Shown piece by piece: positions 19,201-26,340 of a stretch of 64,000 nt of DNA; position 1 is the first letter of the stretch; each line of letters opens with the position of its first letter. Source of the DNA: an uncultured bacterium. GTDB lineage: Bacteria; Acidobacteriota; HRBIN11; JAKEFK01. The position numbers were made by a program, and so were the translations under genes. Where the stretch lies: positions 2,218 to 66,217 of the forward strand of contig CAWJJO010000005.1 in the NCBI GenBank assembly GCA_963843285.1. Reading direction: 5' to 3'. The notes under the pieces were generated by a model. That model saw only the letters and a program-made list of their open reading frames with translations, was not told the origin of the DNA and did no database searches.

Positions 19201-20637
19201 GGAAATCTGTTTCTGGTCGGTCGATCTAAAGATCTGATTGTTGGACCGACCGGCAAAAATATCTATCCGGATGAGCTGGAAGAGATTTACCGGCACAATG
19301 ACCTGATCAAAGAGCTGAGTATCGTTGGGTTGCCGGATGAAAGCGGCGAACGGGTCGTGTGTCTGGTTGTGCCCGATTATGAGAAGGATGATTCCTTATC
19401 GGCGAACGAAGTGCGGGCGCATATCGAAGAGCATTTCCGGACGATTGCTGCGGGCCTTCCGATGTACAAACGCGTCCGCACCATCGAATTCCAGGATGAG
19501 GAGCTGCCGCGCACGGGCACACGCAAAGTGAAGCGCCGCGAGGTCATTGCCATATTGCAAGGCATGCGCGCGAATGTGCATCCGTTGCCGGCTCCGGACA
19601 AGGACGATATTCGCTGGCTCGCAGAGATTGTCGCCGGTGTTTGCGGAAAACCGGCATCCGGAATCCACGCCGCCACGACGTTTGATGAGCTGGGCTTCGA
19701 CAGTCTCATGTACACCGAGCTCGGAACAGCGATCGATGCCGCGGGCATCTCGATTTCGTCGCTCCAGGGGCTCAACGCTGTTACGAACGTGGAAGAGCTC
19801 AGCAGATTCCTGCGATCCACTTCCCCGCTGCCCGCCAAACAATCACGGTCCGCCATTGCTCGCCGCGGAAAGGATGAGGAAGCGGACGAGATCCAGATTC
19901 CGTCTTTGCTCCGGAATGCCGGAAGCAAAGGACTCGATCTCGCGCATCAATATTTCTACAACTACTGGATGGATTCAATCGTCAAGGGGAAGAAAAATAT
20001 CCCATGTCATACTACATTCATAGTAGCGTCCAATCACTGCTCCCATCTGGACATGGGGCTTGTGAAGTTTGCCCTCGGAGATGCCGGAAAGAATATGGTG
20101 GCGGTGGCTGCCGCGGATTATTTCTTCGACAACAAATACAAAAAAGCGTTTTTTGAGAACTTTACCAATCTGATTCCGATGGAGCGAAAGGGGTCGCTTC
20201 ACGAGTCGCTCCAGCTTGCGATTCAATTCCTCGATCAGGGATTCAATCTGTTGATTTTCCCTGAAGGAACCCGCTCCACTACCGGCCAGCTCGCCGAATT
20301 CAAATTCAGCCTTGGCTATCTGGCACTGCGCTCCAAACGCGGGATTCTGCCGTTGTTTCTGGACGGCACGTATCAAGCGATGCCAAAGGGAAAATCATTT
20401 CCCGACCGGTCGAAAAAGGTTTCCGCGAGAGTAGGTCCGTTTCTCCCGTATGAAGCGTTGGAAAAGACTACGCGTGGAATCCCGAAGAACGAAGCCTATC
20501 GTCTGGTAACCATGCTCACTCAGAAAGTTGTGGAACAGATGCGCGACGGAAAACAGCCGGTGCTGGACTGGGAAGCGATCCGCCGCCAGTGGCACCACGA
20601 ACATCAACCACAGATCGAGCAATCACCGGTAAAGTAA
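16255..20637 (+). CDS. Four-domain lipid enzyme: acyl(-thioester) reductase, AMP-forming ligase, carrier protein, PlsC-type acyltransferase (ElbD-like)
   Basis: GGTGFLGK plus YTYTKSM (FAR-type Rossmann reductase). TSGTTGKPKG, GYGLTES, YTGDLGYIDEAGNLFLVGRSKD, PRTGTRKVKR (adenylation). FDELGFDSLMYTEL (phosphopantetheine Ser). VASNHCSHLDMG and IFPEGTRS (HX4D acyltransferase). Confidence 0.85.
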   Translation: MNTTLSPAEIFNGKRIFFIGGTGFLGKVTLSMLLHRFPQVERIYLMVRASTGADSEERFWNNVFSSPAFDPVRERYGENVRDHLKKKLVIVGGDIMHDNLGYKEEEAQHIADDIDIVLNSSGNVSFNPPLETALKTNVTGTKNLLAFVKRMKRPAFVHTSTCFVAGNRSGQIWEEDPVPGYFPRREELDDIRFSVEQELKDCERLTRSVVEEATDATLNAQLRAIARKRLIEEGRDPDDESTLNLATARERKDWIRNKMSDLGLERAKWWGWPNIYTYTKSMAEQLIAAETGIARAIVRPAIVESALTYPFAGWNEGFNTTAPLILFGLNGQNEFPAKNNLILDVIPVDFVASAMLAVTAQTMVEEPKLVYQLCSGDSNPAKMRRIVTLLGLYKRRHFKDKESGNKFLNAIAARMEARPVSDNYFRRVVPRIHRATEKLSDVLNRARPYGTFSGLIQNIKKGVEHLHAFTREGLDTYEQFRPFTVLNEIYFRADNVRALFSRLPDADRESLTWAPEKIDWYHYWLKVHFPGLQKWVFPKMEEIGKPKPKRVYTYRNLLEMFHAVVKLHEHRPAMHIERNGKEEEYTYGDLRELATRAATFLYGEEIREGDRIGLIGENAPEWGLSYFGILHAGATCIPMDKELNEDEIVNLMRAGKAKGLILSDRQYRKRSRLSNLFEAAGLQVWIWPMKAVFEMGDEEVERERASKLPKGKPTAIASLIFTSGTTGKPKGVMLTHKNLTSMMAQLLKVYDVTNQDGFLSILPLHHTFEFSTGFLLPLSRGAQIRYLEELNGDSIADALKFGHVTIMVGVPALWDLLRRRILNKFGDKSEKLESFVKSLISVNKWVREKTSLNLGPFLFFPVHKGLGGKIRYFISGGSSLSEKVFETFYGLGFALNEGYGLTESSPVLTVTRPGEKLLIGSVGQPLPGVEIKIVDPNEQGIGEVIARGPNVMAGYYENKEATEATIRDGWLYTGDLGYIDEAGNLFLVGRSKDLIVGPTGKNIYPDELEEIYRHNDLIKELSIVGLPDESGERVVCLVVPDYEKDDSLSANEVRAHIEEHFRTIAAGLPMYKRVRTIEFQDEELPRTGTRKVKRREVIAILQGMRANVHPLPAPDKDDIRWLAEIVAGVCGKPASGIHAATTFDELGFDSLMYTELGTAIDAAGISISSLQGLNAVTNVEELSRFLRSTSPLPAKQSRSAIARRGKDEEADEIQIPSLLRNAGSKGLDLAHQYFYNYWMDSIVKGKKNIPCHTTFIVASNHCSHLDMGLVKFALGDAGKNMVAVAAADYFFDNKYKKAFFENFTNLIPMERKGSLHESLQLAIQFLDQGFNLLIFPEGTRSTTGQLAEFKFSLGYLALRSKRGILPLFLDGTYQAMPKGKSFPDRSKKVSARVGPFLPYEALEKTTRGIPKNEAYRLVTMLTQKVVEQMRDGKQPVLDWEAIRRQWHHEHQPQIEQSPVK

Positions 20638-20650
20638 GCGGATCTGAGCC

Positions 20651-21688
20651 ATGAAGTCCGAATTGAAAAAGACGAAAGCATCACCATCTAAGATACTGGT
20701 AACGGGCGGCACGGGATTTCTGGGCAAACATCTTGTGGAGCACTTGCTCGCGAGCGGAGAACAGCAACTTCGTGTATTGACGAAATCGGCGCCGGAATGG
20801 CTGCAGGATCTCGGTGTGGAAGTGATCGAAGGCTCGATCACCGCGCCCGAGATCGTAAACATCGCGGTGGAAGGCGTAAAGCAGATCTATCATCTCGCCG
20901 GTTACGTGTCCCGCAGTGATGACGAACAGCGCGCGATGTATTCGGTGCACGTCGACGGCACGCGCATTCTTTGTGAAGCCGCAAAGGAAGCGGGTGTCCG
21001 GCGCATCGTGATGGCCTCTACAAGTGGAACCATCGCCATTACGGAAGACGGATTTGAGGTGCCGGATGAATCGTGGCCAACGCCCATAGAAATCGTTACG
21101 AAGTTTCCCTACTATGCCAGTAAGCTGTATCAAGAAAAAACTGCGCGTTCGATCTGCAAAGAAGATGTGGAGCTTGTAATTCTCAATCCCAGTTTGTTGC
21201 TGGGCCCCGGCGATGACCGTTTGAGTTCAACTGCCGATGTCCTGAAATTCCTTGCAGGAGATATTCCCGCGATTCCGTCAGGCGGTATCAACTTTGTGGA
21301 TGTACGCGATGTAGCGTCCGTCTTTCCTGCTGCCATGCAGCGTGGAGCATCGGGTGAGCAATATCTGATTGGCGGACCAAACTGGACACTGGACCGCTAT
21401 TTTCACTACCTGGAGAGAATTTCCAAAGTCAACGCGCCTGCGGTTCGCATTCCCAGAAAGCTACACACAGCAACATCTAAACTTGTAGAAGCGTTGTATG
21501 ACGGAATCGGCAAGAAGCCGCCAGTGGAACCGATCAGCATGGAAATGTCACGCTACTTCTGGTATTGCGATTCAGGAAAGGCGACGCGTGAGCTCGGCTT
21601 CACACCCCGCGATCCCGGCGAAACGCTCTACGACACTGTCCAGTATCTCCGCAAACACTTCCTGGGCGACTCCGTCTTCACAAGATAA
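20651..21688 (+). CDS. NAD-dependent epimerase/dehydratase family (extended SDR) protein
   Basis: VTGGTGFLGKHLV Rossmann motif and YYASKLYQEK (YxxxK). Confidence 0.8.
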   Translation: MKSELKKTKASPSKILVTGGTGFLGKHLVEHLLASGEQQLRVLTKSAPEWLQDLGVEVIEGSITAPEIVNIAVEGVKQIYHLAGYVSRSDDEQRAMYSVHVDGTRILCEAAKEAGVRRIVMASTSGTIAITEDGFEVPDESWPTPIEIVTKFPYYASKLYQEKTARSICKEDVELVILNPSLLLGPGDDRLSSTADVLKFLAGDIPAIPSGGINFVDVRDVASVFPAAMQRGASGEQYLIGGPNWTLDRYFHYLERISKVNAPAVRIPRKLHTATSKLVEALYDGIGKKPPVEPISMEMSRYFWYCDSGKATRELGFTPRDPGETLYDTVQYLRKHFLGDSVFTR

Positions 21689-21718
21689 AGACTTCTTGCC
21701 AAGGCACGGAGGGAAAAT

Positions 21719-21813
21719 GGAACCACAGATGAACACAGATAAACACGGATTAATAAGAGGAAATTGGATCTGAGCTAATCGGTGTTCTGTGTTCATCTGT
21801 GGTTGCTTTTTTC
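21719..21813 (+). terminator. CACAGAT-unit hairpin followed by a T-run (likely intrinsic terminator)
   Basis: ggaaccacagatgaacacagataaacacgga pairs with cggtgttctgtgttcatctgtggtt, then gcttttttc. Confidence 0.6.
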
Positions 21814-21842
21814 TCTGCGCCTCCGCGTCTCTGCGGTGAATC

Positions 21843-22577
21843 CTAGAGCTTCTTGAGGAAGGAGAGAGCTTCATGAAACGCGAGATCCGTCGATTCCGGA
21901 TTGAATCGCGGTCCTTCATCACGCATAAATGCATGTTCCCCCGGAAAGAGCTGGAGACGATACCGCGTGCCTGCGCTCTTCAGAGCTTGCTCAATCTTGT
22001 TTCGGCCGTCCGCAGGGATATGCGGATCGGAATCCCCAAAGATTAGAAGTAACTCGCCTCGAATTTCAATAAACCGTTGCAGAGTTCCGGCATCTTCATC
22101 TTTTCCGAGCTTTCCTGTATGAACTCCTGTCGGATAGAAACAAACTGTTGCTCGGACGTCGGGTTGAAGGGCTGCGCGAAATGCGAGATGTCCTCCGATA
22201 CAGAAACCGGCGGCAGCCAATCTCCCGGTCGCTGTCTTGGGATGGCCCTTCAAATAATCCAGTGCGGCCCGGCAATCCGCGTCAAAGTGAGCCACAGGCG
22301 TTCGGAGAGCATCCTCCATTCCGCGCGTGCGTCCCGCATCGTCAAACGGGATCACTGTGCCGGGCGATTCGATGCGATGATAGATTTCCGGGGCAGCCAC
22401 AACAAAACCATAACCGGCAAGCCGGACGCAAGAACGGATCATGGGACCGGTAAGCTGAAAAATATCGGAGTAGAAGAGGACTGCGGGAAATCTCCCGTCC
22501 GCCCTCGGGGCGGTGACCAACATTCTCATTGGACTTCCGTCCACGAGAATGTCTACGCATTCCTGGGTTACAATCAT
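21843..22577 (-). CDS. Dienelactone hydrolase family protein
   Basis: Nucleophile context GFCIGGHLA. alpha/beta-hydrolase-sized 244-aa ORF. Confidence 0.7.
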   Translation of the reverse strand: MIVTQECVDILVDGSPMRMLVTAPRADGRFPAVLFYSDIFQLTGPMIRSCVRLAGYGFVVAAPEIYHRIESPGTVIPFDDAGRTRGMEDALRTPVAHFDADCRAALDYLKGHPKTATGRLAAAGFCIGGHLAFRAALQPDVRATVCFYPTGVHTGKLGKDEDAGTLQRFIEIRGELLLIFGDSDPHIPADGRNKIEQALKSAGTRYRLQLFPGEHAFMRDEGPRFNPESTDLAFHEALSFLKKL

Positions 22578-22634
22578 ACGTTTTTAGGATTGGCGTGAGT
22601 CATTGTATCATCTAAAATCACAGGAGGAGCGTCA

Positions 22635-23174
22635 ATGTCAGAATACGACAGATTGATCCTGGTTGCGGTAGGTCCAGATAGAGTCGGGCTGGTAGAAAAA
22701 ATCTCGCAGTTCATTGTGCTTCGAAAATGCAATATTGAAGACAGCAAAATGGCAGTATTTCAGGGTGAATTTGCCCTGATCCTTCTCCTTTCCGGCGAAT
22801 CCAAGAATCTGTTTGAAATCGCGAACAGGTATAACGATCTCAGCGCACAAACAGGATTGAATGTTTGGGTCAAACAACCGTCAGGCAAAAAATCGCAGGA
22901 ACCATCGCTGCCGTATAAGCTCGTCGCTTCCTGCATGGATCATCCGGGTGTTGTGCACCGATTGAGCACAGCCTTGAGCGAGCTTGGAATCAATATCGAA
23001 TCGATGGAGACAGATACGTACGACGCCCCTGTGAGCGGTACACCTATTTTCCGTATGGATGCGATGATTTCCATCCCGGCCTCTTTGAGTATCAACTCCC
23101 TGCGCGAACAGTTATCTGAAATTGAACGCGAAGAAAATATCGATATCGACCTCACACCGATCTCCACTTCGTAA
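22635..23174 (+). CDS. Tandem ACT-domain protein (GcvR-like)
   Basis: Two ACT-like repeats (LILVAVGPDRVGLVEKISQFI.., YKLVASCMDHPGVVHRLSTAL..). GGAGGAG SD. Confidence 0.6.
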   Translation: MSEYDRLILVAVGPDRVGLVEKISQFIVLRKCNIEDSKMAVFQGEFALILLLSGESKNLFEIANRYNDLSAQTGLNVWVKQPSGKKSQEPSLPYKLVASCMDHPGVVHRLSTALSELGINIESMETDTYDAPVSGTPIFRMDAMISIPASLSINSLREQLSEIEREENIDIDLTPISTS

Positions 23175-23180
23175 TGTTTT

Positions 23181-23286
23181 GTAGGGGCGACTCTTTTGGT
23201 CGCCCTCATCATGCGGTCGGATACAAGCCCCGCCCCTACTCCATTTATGAGCAGGCCGGAGGCCTGCGACCCATAATGCAGGCGAG
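23181..23286. repeat. Composite REP-like element, left part (interrupted by the IS)
   Basis: tgtaggggcgac-tctttt-ggtcgccc hairpin, outer GTAGGGGCG/CGCCCCTAC inverted pair, GCAGGCC-GGA-GGCCTGC hairpin, then tgcaggcgag abutting the IS. Confidence 0.6.
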
Positions 23287-23551
23287 CTTTCAAAGTTTCA
23301 TCTTGAAACTTTTGTACTTTGATGAAACTGCAAAATAATCCACCTGTGTCATTTCATTTATACTTCTTGCTGTTCGTCCAGACAAGCTAAAACCGCGGCG
23401 TCACTGGTGCTTAGAAGCCCGTAGGCGAGCATGGTTCCGCTGATTTTGCTTTGTACACTGGTGGAGTTTAACTACCCCGTTTAGAAGAATTGTTTTGTTG
23501 GCGATCAGCGGGTCTTGGACGAGCCCAATCGCATCACTTTTAGGAGCAAAG
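23287..23551 (+). ncRNA. Candidate bridge (guide) RNA region of the IS110 element
   Basis: Non-coding 265 nt upstream of the recombinase, where IS110-group elements encode their bridge RNA. It has a 9-bp inverted repeat AGTTTCATC/GATGAAACT near the end. An 8-mer AGGCGAGC (23423-23430) is identical to the left flank/junction at 23280-23287. Confidence 0.3.
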
Positions 23552-24910
23552 ATGAAAAAGAACTCGTCCAAAAAGATTAAACCTACACCACCGCTGACTA
23601 CGGTCAACCCGGATGCCGCCGGAGTCGACATAGGTTCTATCGAAATTTATGTTTGCGTACCAGCAGACCGTGATCCGCAATTCGTCAGACATTTCCCTAC
23701 CTTCACTTCTGACCTTCGCCAAATCGCAGATTGGTTAAAAGTCTGTAAGATTAAAACCATTGCAATGGAATCCACCGGAATTTACTGGATTCCATTATAC
23801 GAAATTCTTGTTGAATCTGGCTTTGAAGTTCATCTTGTGAATCCAAGAGACCTGAAACGTCCAAAGAAAACCGACGTTTCTGATTGTCAGTGGCTACAGC
23901 AAATGCACAGTTATGGTTTATTAAAATCCTCCTTCCGTCCAGCCGATCAGGTTTGTGTCCTCCGTAGTTTCATTCGTCATCGATCCACTATAATCCGCTA
24001 CCGAAGCTCTCACATCCTCCACATGCAGAAGGCACTTCATCAAATGAATTTGCAACTTGATAATGTAATCAGTGACATTACAGGAATAACAGGGATGCAG
24101 ATCATTCGATCGATCGTAGCAGGCAATCGTGACGCCTCTTCTTTAGCCAAGTTCCGAGATCACCGCTGCCGAAGCACCGAAAAAGAAATCCAAAAATCAC
24201 TCGAAGGAAATTATCGTTCGGAACACGTGTTCACATTAAAACAGTCATTGCAATTTTATGACTTTTACACGCAACAACTCATCGATTGCGATGCTGAAAT
24301 AGAAAGAATCTATTGTCAGATGGCTGCCAATTGCCCCGGAACTTACAAGTTGCCTCACAATTTTAAAAAAGCAAACAAAGATAAAAATACCCCGAGTTAC
24401 GATCTACAAAGCCATCTTTTCCGGTCTTATGGCATTGATCTTACTCAGATTGACGGAATCAGTTCTCTGACAGCTCAAACAATCTTCAGTGAACTTGGGG
24501 ATGATTTGTCCCGTTTTCCAACCGTCAAACAATTTACTCGCTGGCTTTCACTTTCTCCCAACAACCGGATCAGTGGCAACAAAATTCTTGATCGCAAAAC
24601 ACTTCCTGGTCGCAATCGCACTGCCCAAGCTCTACTCATTGCAGCCAATAGCCTGCATCACTCAAAGTCTCCACTGGGCGATTATTATCGAAAAATGCGC
24701 ACCCTACATGGTCCTATTAAAACAAACGTAATTTGCGCACATAAGCTCGCTCGACTTATCTATTTCTTAATCACACGAAAATCCCAATTCGACCCTACAT
24801 TGATAGCCACTCAGCAGCAAAAAGATAAGGAGCGCTCAGTCAAAAGCTTAATCAAAAAAGCCAGACGTTATGGCTTTCTACTCGTGCCTCTCCCGACGGC
24901 AGTTACTTAG
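23552..24910 (+). CDS. IS110-family transposase/recombinase
   Basis: AGGAG SD, ATG 23552. AAGVDIGSIEIYVCV and IAMESTGIYWIPLYE (DEDD RuvC-like N domain). C-terminal LTQIDGISSLTAQTIFSELGDDLSRFPTVKQFTRWLSLSPNNRISGNK (transposase_20-type Ser domain). Confidence 0.85.
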   Translation: MKKNSSKKIKPTPPLTTVNPDAAGVDIGSIEIYVCVPADRDPQFVRHFPTFTSDLRQIADWLKVCKIKTIAMESTGIYWIPLYEILVESGFEVHLVNPRDLKRPKKTDVSDCQWLQQMHSYGLLKSSFRPADQVCVLRSFIRHRSTIIRYRSSHILHMQKALHQMNLQLDNVISDITGITGMQIIRSIVAGNRDASSLAKFRDHRCRSTEKEIQKSLEGNYRSEHVFTLKQSLQFYDFYTQQLIDCDAEIERIYCQMAANCPGTYKLPHNFKKANKDKNTPSYDLQSHLFRSYGIDLTQIDGISSLTAQTIFSELGDDLSRFPTVKQFTRWLSLSPNNRISGNKILDRKTLPGRNRTAQALLIAANSLHHSKSPLGDYYRKMRTLHGPIKTNVICAHKLARLIYFLITRKSQFDPTLIATQQQKDKERSVKSLIKKARRYGFLLVPLPTAVT

Positions 24911-24912
24911 AA

Positions 24913-24946
24913 GGACGCCTGCGCTCCATACGCCTGCGCTCCCAGA
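24913..24946. repeat. Composite REP-like element, right part
   Basis: aaggACGCCTGCGCTCCatACGCCTGCGCTCCcag: a 13-nt unit duplicated in tandem. The first copy completes the hairpin interrupted by the IS. Confidence 0.6.
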
Positions 24947-25870
24947 TCAACACCTGATTTTTAGCGCGAGCGGAAGAATCTCAAACGTTGCAGGAAGCCT
25001 TCCGGGTGTTTCGCCGTCTACTTCCAGCAAGATTTCCGCGTCCTCATGAACAGGCGCAGCACTCACTTTCTTCGCGCGGACCAGGGTCACTTGATCCAAT
25101 GATAGGAAGGATCCGGTATAGAGTTTGTGCGAATTCAGCATCATCGACATTGTTTTCATGTCACCGATGATCACGACATCCAGCAAGCCATCGTCCAATT
25201 TGGCATCCGGAGCAATCTTCATCCCACCACCGAAAGATGGCCCATTTGCCAGGCAAACGGTCACGATTTTCAAGCGGACTTCCGGTTGATCATCCACGGA
25301 CAGCAGGATCTCGGGATGGTCATAGGAAAAGATTGTTTTCAAGGTTGCAGCAAAGTAGGTCATGGTTCCGCCCAGTCTCTTAGAGGACCGATTTGCGTTG
25401 CCGGCAACTCTACCGCTCATTCCGAACGACGCGGTGTTCACAAAATAGCGGGACGTTTCCCGTCCATCCGAACCGATGTGGGTGATCCTGCCGGCATCCA
25501 TTTGTCTTGAGTATCCGTCGCGAATGCGTTGTAACGCACGGGATGGGTCTTTTGGAATACCAAGTGTGCGCCGGAAATCTCCGCCTGTTCCGCGCGGCAG
25601 AATTCCGAGTTCCGTGTCGGTCCCCGCGCGCAGGATCCCGTTTGCCACTTCGGAGATCGTGCCGTCTCCCCCTGCAGCAATCAACAGTTTTCTGCCATTC
25701 TTCGCTTCTGTTTCCGCAATTCGAATCCCGTCTCCCCGTTCTCGTGTAAACTCGCATTCAAACGGTCCAAGATAGGTACGGACGTAGCCGGCCACCGAAG
25801 CCCAGCTTTGTTCCGTCGTTCCCCTGCCAGACCTTGGATTGACAATCACCAAAGGAAGTTCCGCACTCAT
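24947..25870 (-). CDS. Diacylglycerol/lipid kinase family protein (YegS/DagK-like)
   Basis: LPLVIVNPRSGRG and LLIAAGGDGTISEVANG motifs. ATG 25870 is preferred over the ORF-track start at 25954, which abuts folB. Confidence 0.75.
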   Translation of the reverse strand: MSAELPLVIVNPRSGRGTTEQSWASVAGYVRTYLGPFECEFTRERGDGIRIAETEAKNGRKLLIAAGGDGTISEVANGILRAGTDTELGILPRGTGGDFRRTLGIPKDPSRALQRIRDGYSRQMDAGRITHIGSDGRETSRYFVNTASFGMSGRVAGNANRSSKRLGGTMTYFAATLKTIFSYDHPEILLSVDDQPEVRLKIVTVCLANGPSFGGGMKIAPDAKLDDGLLDVVIIGDMKTMSMMLNSHKLYTGSFLSLDQVTLVRAKKVSAAPVHEDAEILLEVDGETPGRLPATFEILPLALKIRC

Positions 25871-25953
25871 GGTCAATCCGATTGTAGCGCGGGGTGAAGT
25901 TTCTTGACAAACATTTTTGCGTTCATTAACATTGCACTTCTTTTCAAATCGCA

Positions 25954-26331
25954 ATGCATAACGACAAGATCGTAATCAAAGGACTGCACTGCTCTGTCCG
26001 CGTCGGCGTCAAAAAAGAAGAGCAGGAAGTCCGCCGCAACTGCGAACTCGATATCACCCTGTATTTCGATCTTTCCGATGCCGGCAAGACAGACGAGCTT
26101 GATCGGACGGTCAACTACAGCAAAGTTATCGATATGGTCCTGGAAATCTCGGAAAGCGCGCAACACAAACTTCTGGAATCGTTTGCGTATCGTCTTTTTG
26201 ATGAGATATTTCAACGCACTGCGGCCAGGAGAGTATTGCTGCGTGTCAAGAAAATGAATCCGCCGATCGAAGGGCGATTTCAGTATGTGGGTGTCGAGCT
26301 TTGGCGTAATCGTGAAGAGTTTATTAAGTAA
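25954..26331 (+). CDS. folB: Dihydroneopterin aldolase
   Basis: 125 aa. IVIKGLHCSVRVGVKKEEQEVRRNCELDITLYFD..DELDRTVNYSKV matches the FolB pattern. Confidence 0.75.
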   Translation: MHNDKIVIKGLHCSVRVGVKKEEQEVRRNCELDITLYFDLSDAGKTDELDRTVNYSKVIDMVLEISESAQHKLLESFAYRLFDEIFQRTAARRVLLRVKKMNPPIEGRFQYVGVELWRNREEFIK

Positions 26332-26340
26332 GGAACAGGC

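Larger units (their letters stand above)
23287..24912 (+). mobile_element. IS110-family insertion sequence (~1.6 kb)
   Basis: Single DEDD-type transposase ORF, long non-coding left end, almost no right end, no terminal inverted repeats. By eye it is AT-richer than its flanks. The flanks reconstitute a GCAGGC-loop-GCCTGC REP hairpin. Boundaries are good to a few nt. Confidence 0.75.
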
